A DNA stretch of 38,045 nt from Dehalococcoidia bacterium. GTDB taxonomy: Bacteria; Chloroflexota; Dehalococcoidia; UBA2247; RBG-13-53-26. Position 1 is the stretch's first letter. Every line of letters starts with the position of its first letter. The position numbers and the translations under genes are program-made. The stretch covers positions 1 to 38,045 of the forward strand of contig JAFGCL010000077.1 of the NCBI GenBank assembly GCA_016932645.1. Direction: 5' to 3'. The notes beneath the pieces were generated by a model. It was not told the DNA's origin and ran no database searches. It saw only the letters and a list, made by a program, of their open reading frames with translations. Positions 1 through 8,644 of this stretch are shown here, piece by piece.

Positions 1-3000
1 GCGGCACAGCTCTCTGGGTAATGCCAGGCGGGCGGCAGGAGGCCGACCACTCCACGCACGAATTCCTCGACCGGCAGTTCGGGTCTCTCGGCCAACCGGG
101 AGATGCCGGCTATGCATTGAAGCTCCTTGAGCCGCTCGTCGAGGGAGTCCTCCATCCGTTTGCGGTCGCTAACGTCGCGAGCGACACCGTGAAAACCAAC
201 GAGCTTCCCGTCCGTATCACGTATACCGCTGACGTGTTCCTCCAGCCAGACCGTTGAGCCATCCTTACGGTAGAATTCCAGCTCGACTTTCAGTGTCCGG
301 TTCGGATCGGCCGAAGGATCCTCTTCCAAGGCCAGGTGGTGTGCGAGTACCTCCGTGGCCCGGGCCAGAGACTCGGGTGTCATAATAGCGGCTAAGTTCC
401 GCCCCAGGCCTTCCTCCGGCGTGATGCCGATGATCATCTCCACCGATGGGCTCATATACGTAGGGCGCATGTTGATGTCTGAGGTCCAGATGAGGTCGGT
501 GGTCTTCTCGGCGAGAAGACGGTACTTCTCTTCTGACTCCCGCAGGGCCTGCTCCGATTTCCTGCGCTCGGTGACGTCGCGGGCGACGCCATGGAAACCG
601 ATGAGCTTTCCGCTGGCGTCACGAATGCCGCTGACCTGGTTCTCCAGCCAGATGGTGGAGCCATCCTTGCGGTAGTACTCCAGCTCGATCCTCAGCGTCC
701 GGCTAGGATCGGCCTTGGGATCCTGATCCAGCGCCAGATGCTGTGCCAGCGCCTCTGCTGCCCGGGCAGAGGACTCCGGTGTCATCTGTTGAGTCGGATC
801 CTGTGCCAGGCGTTCTTCCGGCGTGAAGCCGAGTATCTTCTCCACCGATGGGCTGACGTAGGTAGTGTGGAGAGTCAGATCGGAAGTCCAGATGATGTCA
901 TTGGTCTTGTTGGCCAGGAGACGGTACTTCTGCTCGGATTCCCGTACCGCCTGTTCCGCCTTACGCCGCTCCTCAATGTCGCGGGCGACGCCGTGAAGTC
1001 CAATAGCAATCCCGTTGGCGTCACGAAGGCCGCTGACCTGGTGCTCCAGCCAGGCCGTTGAGCCATCCTTACGGTAGAATTCCAGCTCGATCCTCACCGT
1101 CCGGTTGGGATCCGCCTTGGGGTCATTCTCCAGGGACAGGTGCTCCAGGAGCGCTTCCTGGGCCCGTGCCAGCGACTCGAGTGTCATTCGCTGGTCCGGA
1201 CCGATCGCCAGATACTCTTCCGGCGTGAAGCCCAGGATTCTCTCTACCGATGGGCTGACGTAAGTGTTGTTGAGATCGAGGTCAATGGTATAGATGACGT
1301 CATTGGTCTTCTCGGTCAGCAAGCGGTACTTCTGCTCCGATTCCCGCAGCGTCTCTTCAGCATGTTTCCGGCTGGTGATGTCCAGCAGTGAGACGAGCAG
1401 GGCCGGCTTGCCCTGGTACTCGCTTTGGATAACCATGCCGCTGATCCAGAGCCAGCGTCCATCGTTAGTACGGACCTGCAGTTCCGCAATCTCCTGCCAC
1501 GAGCTGTCCGTCACCGCCTGGGCCATCTTTTCAGCGACCCAGCCGATGTCTTCCGGACGGAGATACTGCATCGAGTCTATGCCGACGAGATCGTCCGGAG
1601 ACGCAAAGCCGAACATCCTGGCAGTGGCCTCGTTGGCCAGCGCCACGAGCCCGGTCGTCATGTCGATGACCTCCATGGCCGTCTGCGTGCTTTCAAAGAG
1701 GCGCCTGTACTTGGCCTCGCTGGCTCTCAGAGCCTCTTCTGCGTTTCTTCTATCAGTGACGTCCTTGCTGGCGATGACATAGCCCGATACGTTCCCAGCA
1801 TCGTCATGCAGGATCTTTGCTGAAGCTTCTCCCCATATATAGTGTCCGTCGGAGTGACGGAAGCGGTATCGAAACGCGAACCCTGCCTCTCCCTGCATCC
1901 GAGCCACGTAAGCTGTCAGATCATCGACATCCTCCGGGGGAACGAAATCGAAGACGGACTTGCCGACCATGTCTTCCGGTGCATAGCCCACGATTCTCTG
2001 GTGAGAGGGGCTCGCATACTTGATGATCCCGTTCGCATCAAGGAGAGAGATGGCATCCAGCATGTTCTCGGCAATCTGCCGGAATCTCTCTTCACTCTCG
2101 CGCAGGGCCGTCTCGGCTTCCCTGCGCTCGGTGATGTCATTCAGCAGCGCCAGGGTGGCGGGCCGCCCCTCCCATTCGAACAAGGCCACGCTAATTTCTG
2201 CCCACCTCACGCCACCGTTCTTGTGCGTGACCCTGAATTGGTAGTTGTTCGGGAGTTGCTCACCGCTCAAACGCCTGACGTAGTTGTCTGCCACCATTTG
2301 CCTGTCGTCTGGATAGACAAGTTCCGCGAACGGTCTAAACACCAACTCTTCCGGCAAGTAACCAACGAAATCAGTGACCTTGGGGTTGATGAGCTTCAGC
2401 AGGCCGTCCTGGATTACGGCGATGACTTCACTGGCGTTCTCCACGAGGAGTCGGTTTCTCTCCTCCGATGTCCGTAGCGCATCTTCCATGCGTTTCCGTT
2501 CGGTGATATCCGCAATGTTGCCCAGCACCCGGACGATCCGATCTCCTTCACGAATAGCCTTGGCGCAGGTGCGCACCCAGCGCTGGTTGCCACCGAAGGT
2601 GATGAAGGGGAGTTCCAAGTCATACGTGATGCCTTCCTTAACGCATTTCTGGAATGCCTCTTCGATCACCTGCCTGGCCGGCGGTGGATAGCACTTCAGG
2701 CTTTCACTTATATGGTCGATAGTGGGGACCTTCGGGACTTCGTGAATGCGGTAGGTCTCATCCGTCCAGGCCATGGCCCCGGTCTGAACGTCGTATTCCC
2801 ACCCGCCGGTGCCCGTCAGTGTCTCGGTAGCCTTCAGCAGAGCTTCACTGCGCTTCAGGGCCTCCTCTGTCGCTTTGCGGTCCGTTATGTCCCGGAAATT
2901 AGCCACGATGCCGTTCACCTTCGGGTCGTGAAGCATGTTGGTCACCGTGGCTTCGAGGGTGTGCCAGGAACGGTCCTTGTGCTGGTAGCGGACAGTGATT

Positions 3001-4754
3001 CCCTCAAAAGTCGCGCCGGGTTTGGCCAAGATCCGTTCCAGTGTAGCCGCCAAATACGGCATGTCATCCGGATGTATGAGCAGCTCCCCCAAAGACCTGT
3101 CGAGCCATTCATTGTGTCCGAACCCGGTCACCCGTTCCAGTGATGGGCTCTGATAGGTTATCTTGCCGCTGGCATCGAGCACTATGACCACATCTGTGGC
3201 CTTCTCTATGAGGGTGCGGAAGTGCTCCTCGCTATCCCTCAGCGCCTCTTGGGCTTTCACTTCTTCAGTGATGTTGCGGATCAGGGACATGACGGCGGGT
3301 TTCCCCTGCCACGTAAATGGTATCTCCCGGACCTCGGCCCACAGCGTCTCCCCTTTGGCGTCCACTCCTCTGATCGTGGCGATCTCGGGGGGCCACTCGC
3401 CGGCCATAATCCTCTCATAACGCTGCCAGACAGCTTGTTTCTCCTCGGGGTGAACGAGGTCCAGGAATGGCAGTCCTATCAATTGCTGCTCTGGGATGCC
3501 GGCCCCTCTGGCTACAGCCGGGTTGACATAAACCAATTCCCCATCCTGCACTATGGTGATGGCCTCGGCTGCAGCATCCATCAACCGGAGCCTGCTCTCC
3601 TCGGCGGCCCTGAGCGCGGCGTCTTTAGCCTTGTCTGCCGTTATGTCTCTCAGAGTAGCGAGAGTGGCCGTGCGGCCCTCATATTCGATTCTGGTCGCTG
3701 TAGCCGAAACCCATATCTCCCTCTTGTCTCTGCTAACCAACCTGATCTCGGCGGGGTTCGGCCCTTTCCCTTCGAGATTCAAGGCTATCATGCGGGTGAC
3801 TTCATCCCGGTCCTCCTCTGGAATGAAGCTCAGCGGGTTTATCCCGACAACCTCCCTTGGCGAGTCGAAGCCAGCCATCTCGGCGGCGGCCTTGTTGGCC
3901 AGCGCTATCTCGAAGGTCGAGACGTCAAGCACCACGGCGCCGTCGGGCATACCATCGAAGAGGCGCTCATAGCGGCTCTCGGCTTCCCTGAGAGCGGCCT
4001 CTCTCTCTTTATCTGAGGTGATGTCTCTTATAATAGCGAGAGTGGCCTTCTTGCCCCCGTGTTCGATGAGAGACGCGCTGAGCGACACCCACATCAATCT
4101 GCCATCCTTGTTCCTGAGCCTGATTTCAGTGGGGGGCAGATAGCCTCTCTCTATGCTATCGGCTACCAGGTGGACAACGCGTTCCTGATCTTCCTTGGGG
4201 ACGTAATCCAGGGGATTCTCGCTCACCATCTCTTCAGGTGAGGCGAAGCCGAGCATACTGGCTGCAGCCTGGTTCGCCAGCAAGACCTGGGTGGTGGCCA
4301 CGTCGAGGACCGCCGCGCCGTCGAGCATGGTCTCGAAAAGGCGCTGATACAGACGCTCTGCTTCCATCAGAGCAGCTTCCCTGGTTTTCTCTGAGGTGAT
4401 CTCTCTCATGGCGATGAGAGTGGCCCTCTTGCCTTCGTGTTCAATGAGGGCGCTGGTGACTGAAAGCCACACCAGTCTCCCATCTTTGGTTTTCACCCTG
4501 ATCTCGGCGGGAGTCGGACGGTCCGTTTCAAGACCCTGGGCCAGCAGGACGGCAACAGGCTGCCGGTCTTCATCAGGCACGTAGTCCAGTGGATTCTGCC
4601 CCACCATCTCTTCGGGTGAGGCGAAGCTGAGGATCGTGGCAGCGGCGTTGTTGGCTTGCAGTATGCGGCCTGTGGTGGCGTCAAGTACCAGAGCGCCGCC
4701 GAGGATAGCCCCGAAAGAACGCTTGTCTGAATACTTGGCCGGTCCGTCGCCCAA
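1..4754 (-). CDS. Giant multi-PAS sensor protein (12 tandem PAS/PAC domains then a GAF-like domain; truncated by the window edge, output domain not visible)
   Basis: Manual translation of the minus frame gives repeated PAS units ending in (R/K/N)D(I/V)T-type motifs, e.g. ATLAIIRDITSDK, GIVANFRDITDRK, GVARDVTERR, and ends ERLKELQCIAGISRLAE...LLPPAWHYPESCAA at the edge. The ORF track lists no closed ORF in this frame, consistent with no stop before position 1. Putative TTG start at 4754 with AGAGGGAG upstream; an in-frame TAG at 4784-4782 bounds the ORF. Confidence 0.9.
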   Translation of the reverse strand, partial: MGDGPAKYSDKRSFGAILGGALVLDATTGRILQANNAAATILSFASPEEMVGQNPLDYVPDEDRQPVAVLLAQGLETDRPTPAEIRVKTKDGRLVWLSVTSALIEHEGKRATLIAMREITSEKTREAALMEAERLYQRLFETMLDGAAVLDVATTQVLLANQAAASMLGFASPEEMVSENPLDYVPKEDQERVVHLVADSIERGYLPPTEIRLRNKDGRLMWVSLSASLIEHGGKKATLAIIRDITSDKEREAALREAESRYERLFDGMPDGAVVLDVSTFEIALANKAAAEMAGFDSPREVVGINPLSFIPEEDRDEVTRMIALNLEGKGPNPAEIRLVSRDKREIWVSATATRIEYEGRTATLATLRDITADKAKDAALRAAEESRLRLMDAAAEAITIVQDGELVYVNPAVARGAGIPEQQLIGLPFLDLVHPEEKQAVWQRYERIMAGEWPPEIATIRGVDAKGETLWAEVREIPFTWQGKPAVMSLIRNITEEVKAQEALRDSEEHFRTLIEKATDVVIVLDASGKITYQSPSLERVTGFGHNEWLDRSLGELLIHPDDMPYLAATLERILAKPGATFEGITVRYQHKDRSWHTLEATVTNMLHDPKVNGIVANFRDITDRKATEEALKRSEALLKATETLTGTGGWEYDVQTGAMAWTDETYRIHEVPKVPTIDHISESLKCYPPPARQVIEEAFQKCVKEGITYDLELPFITFGGNQRWVRTCAKAIREGDRIVRVLGNIADITERKRMEDALRTSEERNRLLVENASEVIAVIQDGLLKLINPKVTDFVGYLPEELVFRPFAELVYPDDRQMVADNYVRRLSGEQLPNNYQFRVTHKNGGVRWAEISVALFEWEGRPATLALLNDITERREAETALRESEERFRQIAENMLDAISLLDANGIIKYASPSHQRIVGYAPEDMVGKSVFDFVPPEDVDDLTAYVARMQGEAGFAFRYRFRHSDGHYIWGEASAKILHDDAGNVSGYVIASKDVTDRRNAEEALRASEAKYRRLFESTQTAMEVIDMTTGLVALANEATARMFGFASPDDLVGIDSMQYLRPEDIGWVAEKMAQAVTDSSWQEIAELQVRTNDGRWLWISGMVIQSEYQGKPALLVSLLDITSRKHAEETLRESEQKYRLLTEKTNDVIYTIDLDLNNTYVSPSVERILGFTPEEYLAIGPDQRMTLESLARAQEALLEHLSLENDPKADPNRTVRIELEFYRKDGSTAWLEHQVSGLRDANGIAIGLHGVARDIEERRKAEQAVRESEQKYRLLANKTNDIIWTSDLTLHTTYVSPSVEKILGFTPEERLAQDPTQQMTPESSARAAEALAQHLALDQDPKADPSRTLRIELEYYRKDGSTIWLENQVSGIRDASGKLIGFHGVARDVTERRKSEQALRESEEKYRLLAEKTTDLIWTSDINMRPTYMSPSVEMIIGITPEEGLGRNLAAIMTPESLARATEVLAHHLALEEDPSADPNRTLKVELEFYRKDGSTVWLEEHVSGIRDTDGKLVGFHGVARDVSDRKRMEDSLDERLKELQCIAGISRLAERPELPVEEFVRGVVGLLPPAWHYPESCA
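170..1370 (-). repeat. Three diverged tandem PAS-coding repeats, 402-bp period
   Basis: The block GAGCCATCCTT(A/G)CGGTAG(A/T)A(T/C)TCCAGCTCGA starts at 256, 658 and 1060; peptide DP(N/S)RT(L/V)(R/K)(I/V)ELE(F/Y)YRKDGST occurs three times. Boundaries approximate. Confidence 0.85.
3630..4730 (-). repeat. Three more diverged tandem PAS-coding repeats, 378-bp period
   Basis: GAGAGTGGCC starts at 3660, 4038 and 4416; peptides ATLIAMREITSEK / ATLAIIRDITSDK / ATLATLRDITADK. Boundaries approximate. Confidence 0.7.
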
Positions 4755-5163
4755 ACTCCGTCTCCCTCTGCGCGCGATTTCCTACCAGCTACCGGAACAG
4801 CCTCTCCAGACCGACTAGACTACTGTTCGGTATCTCAGGCACCGCACTGAATGTCTGGGCATAGACACCACCTAGCTGCGGGCCTTGCCGCCTGCGACGA
4901 CAGGAGTGTCACACCGAGCGCAGATACATTATACGGTGAATGTCAAACGAGATAGTCTCGTTATGGCGTGGAGTCCCCACTGGCTCGAACTTGGAGCAGT
5001 CCTGATGGGGCGCCACCAGTCCGCAATCCCCGAGGGTCACTCTTTGTCAAATAGAGACTTGTCACTGCCGGTGCAGGCGCGTATCGGAGGGATGCGCCTC
5101 GTCGGGCCCTCACGGGTCCTGGGGTATCGCGACCACACCGCCAAGCGCCCATGCTGTCGATGG

Positions 5164-5233
5164 GGGGCGTGCTGAGGGGCGGAGCCCCTGCGTATTCTTC
5201 TGTCCCCCAGGAATGGGGGATTCCAGGGGGTTG
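5164..5233. repeat. REP-like composite palindromic element, copy 1
   Basis: GGGGCGTGCTGAGGGGCGGAGCCCCTGCGT...TCCCCC-AGGAAT-GGGGGA-TTCC-AGGGGGTTG; same layout as 24001-24074. Confidence 0.65.
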
Positions 5234-5290
5234 ATCTTCCTTATGACATGAAGATAAGGCAGTCAACGGCTGGTGGAGAGGATGGGCTGC

Positions 5291-5319
5291 TTGCCGGACT
5301 TGACGGTGGGCCTTATACT
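5291..5319 (+). promoter_or_regulatory. Sigma70-type promoter for the zf-TFIIB/lemA/htpX operon
   Basis: TTGCCG (5291-5296), 17-nt spacer, TATACT (5314-5319). Confidence 0.55.
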
Positions 5320-5370
5320 TCCATACTTGAATACGTTGGGCATGGTATATTAGGACCAAAGGAGAATATC

Positions 5371-5787
5371 GTGAATTGTCCGGCCTGCAAAGGCATCGTG
5401 GTGATAGTGGAGTATGAGCGGATTGAGCTCGACTACTGCACCAATTGCTCCGGGGTTTGGTTCGACTCCGGGGAGCTGGAACTCCTGGTAGAGCGCCTGT
5501 CATTGGATGGCGAGGCTTTCTCTCTGCGGGATATCATGACCTTACCTGACGCCAAGGTGTCAGAGAAGCCCAGGCGCTGTCCCATATGCGGGAAGAAGAT
5601 GAGGAAGGTTCATGTCGGCGAGGAACCCAGGGTGCTCCTCGACGTCTGTCCCAGGCAGGACGGGATCTGGTTTGACAGCGGCGAGGTGAGCCAGGTGCTG
5701 GGCCAACTCAAGAGCAAAGGGCCGGCGGCGGGCAAGCAAGGGCGGGTGATCAACTTCCTCGGTGAAGCCTTCAAGGCGAAGGAATAG
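5371..5787 (+). CDS. Protein with two zf-TFIIB-type zinc ribbons
   Basis: CPAC...ELDYCTNCSGVWFDSGE and CPIC...LDVCPRQDGIWFDSGE; GTG start at 5371 preceded by AAGGAG. Confidence 0.85.
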   Translation: MNCPACKGIVVIVEYERIELDYCTNCSGVWFDSGELELLVERLSLDGEAFSLRDIMTLPDAKVSEKPRRCPICGKKMRKVHVGEEPRVLLDVCPRQDGIWFDSGEVSQVLGQLKSKGPAAGKQGRVINFLGEAFKAKE

Positions 5788-5808
5788 ATGCACAGTTAGG
5801 AGGTGTAC

Positions 5809-6381
5809 ATGGTCTATGCTATTGTCGGTATTGTCGTCGGGGTCATTCTGCTTCTGCTGGTGATCTGGTTGTTCCTTACCTACAACGGCTTGGTGAGGCT
5901 GCGCAACCAGACCAAGAACGCCTGGTCGCAGATCGATGTCCAGCTCAAGCGGCGGCACGACCTGATCCCGAACCTGGTGGAGACTGTCAAAGGTTATGCG
6001 GCGCACGAGCGGCAGACGCTGGAAGCAGTGACCGCGGCCCGTAACATAGCTCAGGGCGCTGTGGGCAAGGGCGTCGGCGAGCAAGCCAAGGCGGAGGGAG
6101 AGTTGAGCGGTGCTCTGTCCAGACTTCTGGCGGTGGTCGAAAGGTACCCCGACCTGAAGGCCAACCAGAATTTCCTGGCTTTGCAGGAAGAGTTGAGCTC
6201 CACGGAGAACAAGATCAGCTTCTCCCGCCAGTTCTACAACGACTCCGTTCTCAACTACAACAACAGGATCCAGATGGCCCCCTCGAACATAGTAGCGGGC
6301 ATGTTCGGGTTCAAGACCGGCGAGTTCTTCGAGGTGACCGCGCCGGCGGAGAGAGAGGCTCCGAAGGTCAGTTTCGCCTAG
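5809..6381 (+). CDS. lemA: LemA family protein
   Basis: N-terminal TM helix, YNGLV...NAWSQIDVQLKRRHDLIPNLVETVKGY, YPDLKANQNF, RQFYN; AGGAGG 5 nt before ATG 5809. Confidence 0.95.
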   Translation: MVYAIVGIVVGVILLLLVIWLFLTYNGLVRLRNQTKNAWSQIDVQLKRRHDLIPNLVETVKGYAAHERQTLEAVTAARNIAQGAVGKGVGEQAKAEGELSGALSRLLAVVERYPDLKANQNFLALQEELSSTENKISFSRQFYNDSVLNYNNRIQMAPSNIVAGMFGFKTGEFFEVTAPAEREAPKVSFA

Positions 6382-6398
6382 CTTAGAACAGCTCGGCT

Positions 6399-7613
6399 AT
6401 GTGGGAACAGATACGGTCCAACCAAATGAAGTCCATGGTGCTGGTGGCAGCGCTGGGATTGCTGCTGCTGGCAGTGGGCTATATGCTTGGCTTGGCCTTC
6501 ATGGACAACGGCATAGCCGGCCTCATCATAGCTCTCGTCATCTGGTTCTTCATGAACCTCTTCGCCTATTTCCAGGGAGGCAGCATGGTTCTCGCCATCT
6601 CCGGCGCCAGGAAGATAGGACCGGATGATCACCCGCGCCTCTGGAACGTCGTGGAGGAGATGAAGATCGCCTCGGGCCTGGAGAAGATGCCGGACGTCTA
6701 CATCATTGATGACCCGGCATTGAATGCGTTCGCCACCGGGAGAGACCCCCAGCATGCGGCGGTGGCCGTTACCTCCGGCCTGCTGCAGAAGATGAATCGC
6801 GACGAGCTGCAGGGCGTGGTGGCACACGAGATCTCCCATATCAAGAACCGCGATGTGCTCCTGATGACGCTCTGCAGCGTGACCCTAGGGGCCATCGTCC
6901 TACTGGCTTGGTATGGGACCAGGATCATGATCTTCAGTGGTGCCGGCAGGGGTGGCAGGCGGGGTGGTGGCGGTGGTGGCTATGCTGTGCTGATCATCAT
7001 GATCGTCGCCATAGTACTGGCTATACTGGCGCCCATACTGGCACAGCTCATCTACTACGCGGTCTCCCGAAAGAGGGAATACCTGGCGGACGCTTCCGGG
7101 GCGCTGTACACCAGATATCCCGAAGGACTGGCCTCGGCGCTGGAAAAGATCAGCGGCTCAACGATTGAATTGAAATCTGCCAACCAGGCGTTTGCGCCGA
7201 TGTATACCGCGAACCCGTTCCGCAAAAACGGTAGAGCGGCTGAAGACCTGACCAGCACCCATCCGCCCACCAGCGAACGGATCAGGATACTGCGGAGCAT
7301 GGCCGGTGGCGCTTCACTGGCGGCGTACAACATGGCCTATGGCCAGGTGACCAAGGCCGGCAAGGGCATTGTTCCCGGCTCTGCGCTGGTGGGTGGGCAG
7401 ACCATAGCCGCCAGAGAGGCAGCAGCGCCGGAACCGCAGCCCGAGAGGATTGAGCGGGTGAGAGAGACCTCCGACCTGATGTGGAAGATGAGCAACTACG
7501 GGCAGGTCAACTGCCAATGCGGCACCAAGATCAGAGTTCCGCCCAACTACAAAGCCAACACCATCAGGTGTCCCCATTGCGGAACCGTGAACAGCATGCC
7601 CCCGAAAAACTAG
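6399..7613 (+). CDS. htpX: HtpX-like M48 membrane zinc protease with C-terminal zinc ribbon
   Basis: NAFATG, HEISH (HEXXH), SRKREYLAD, THPP motifs, four TM segments; C-terminal CQC...CPHC. Confidence 0.9.
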   Translation: MWEQIRSNQMKSMVLVAALGLLLLAVGYMLGLAFMDNGIAGLIIALVIWFFMNLFAYFQGGSMVLAISGARKIGPDDHPRLWNVVEEMKIASGLEKMPDVYIIDDPALNAFATGRDPQHAAVAVTSGLLQKMNRDELQGVVAHEISHIKNRDVLLMTLCSVTLGAIVLLAWYGTRIMIFSGAGRGGRRGGGGGGYAVLIIMIVAIVLAILAPILAQLIYYAVSRKREYLADASGALYTRYPEGLASALEKISGSTIELKSANQAFAPMYTANPFRKNGRAAEDLTSTHPPTSERIRILRSMAGGASLAAYNMAYGQVTKAGKGIVPGSALVGGQTIAAREAAAPEPQPERIERVRETSDLMWKMSNYGQVNCQCGTKIRVPPNYKANTIRCPHCGTVNSMPPKN

Positions 7614-7682
7614 TCGGGCTCTTGCACGGTGTCGCAGCCATCAGCAACTTCTCTTTGTTGTTCGTGTCCATGCGCCCCAGCC

Positions 7683-7711
7683 GTGACAATTGCGTCCGGA
7701 CTGTTCATAAT
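7683..7711 (+). promoter_or_regulatory. Putative promoter for a leaderless transcript
   Basis: GTGACA, 17 nt, CATAAT; ATG begins 6 nt downstream with no Shine-Dalgarno. Confidence 0.45.
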
Positions 7712-7717
7712 CAGACT

Positions 7718-8371
7718 ATGGAGCGAATCGAGGAGTTCCTTCAAGCCACCGAACTCTGTGACTTCGACAGGTGCGCCGCCATACGCAACAAGGCCTCCCA
7801 CCTGGCACAGGGGTGTGGGGACAACCAGCGGAAGTTCCAGAGGGTGTACGAGTTTGTCAGGGAGTTGCCCTATGGGCTGGAGGACTGGGATGTGAAGGCA
7901 TCCGAGACGCTGGCCAAAGGGTGGGGCATGTGCTGCGGCAAGACGAATCTGCTGGTGGCCATGTCACGGGCGTTGTCGATTCCGGCGAGGTACCGGGTCT
8001 TCAAGATCAAGGCGGAGCGTCGTCTGCTGAAGCAAGTAATGGAACAGAACAGCAGCGTGGCGGCCCAGTTCGGGAACTTGCCTCCGGTGCAGGACCACGT
8101 TCAATGCGAAGCCTATGTTGGCCGGTGGCAGGTGTATGACCCGTCGCGGGATTCTGCTTTCGAGAATGGTCTGAGGAAACTGGCGATCCCACTGGAAAGG
8201 GTTCCGGTGGCTGATGCGCAAGGGGCAGCCAACTACGAGATACTGGCCTCGATCGATGACTGGGCCAGAGCCAGACAGAACAGCCGGAAGGTGCGGGATG
8301 ACAGGGAACTGGTCTTTGCCCGGGTGAACGTGGAGCTGGATAAGGTGAGGCGCATGGGCCGGCGGCCGTAG
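7718..8371 (+). CDS. Transglutaminase-like cysteine protease superfamily protein
   Basis: ASETLAKGWGMCCGKTNLLVAMSRALSIPARY (Cys), DHV (His), WQVYDPS (Asp); start moved to ATG 7718 to avoid overlap with htpX. Confidence 0.8.
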   Translation: MERIEEFLQATELCDFDRCAAIRNKASHLAQGCGDNQRKFQRVYEFVRELPYGLEDWDVKASETLAKGWGMCCGKTNLLVAMSRALSIPARYRVFKIKAERRLLKQVMEQNSSVAAQFGNLPPVQDHVQCEAYVGRWQVYDPSRDSAFENGLRKLAIPLERVPVADAQGAANYEILASIDDWARARQNSRKVRDDRELVFARVNVELDKVRRMGRRP

Positions 8372-8644
8372 AGCCGACGGCCGAATGGCGAATCGCCGAG
8401 GTGTGATGGTAGTATTCGGACCGGGATTGCTGGAGGTGCACAGAGATGCGGTCGTGGGCATAATCCATTCTGCGGTTTTCGGTCCGGGTCAGGTCGGCGA
8501 CCTGCCTCCCACGTGCAGAGGTGCCGTATTCCGTCCGCCTGAGCCGGACTCTATCTGCCCTACAGGCGCACTATGAACAGTTAAGGTGCAGGGGAAGACC
8601 TCCTGCTGGGGGGGTGCATAATCGCCTCAGGAGAGGGAAACAGA

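Noticed and set aside
256-1096. ~30-bp direct repeats resembling a CRISPR array
   Set aside because: Period is 402 bp, copies are degenerate and lie in frame within PAS domains; no cas genes
4782-4817. Amber read-through or pyrrolysine extending the PAS ORF to ATG 4862
   Set aside because: TAG is the main stop codon in this window, the extension does not look protein-like, and no pyl genes are visible
21-4818. Many plus-strand ORFs of 60-264 aa
   Set aside because: They are antisense shadows of the multi-PAS gene and have no recognisable motifs
4928-4946. Minus-strand TTGACA and TATAAT upstream of the PAS gene
   Set aside because: Spacer is only 7 nt, so they cannot form one promoter; the -10 alone may be real but is unsupported
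7481-7717. Long N-terminal extension of the transglutaminase-like ORF
   Set aside because: Overlaps the htpX 3' end and a promoter-like element; the domain-like sequence begins at ATG 7718
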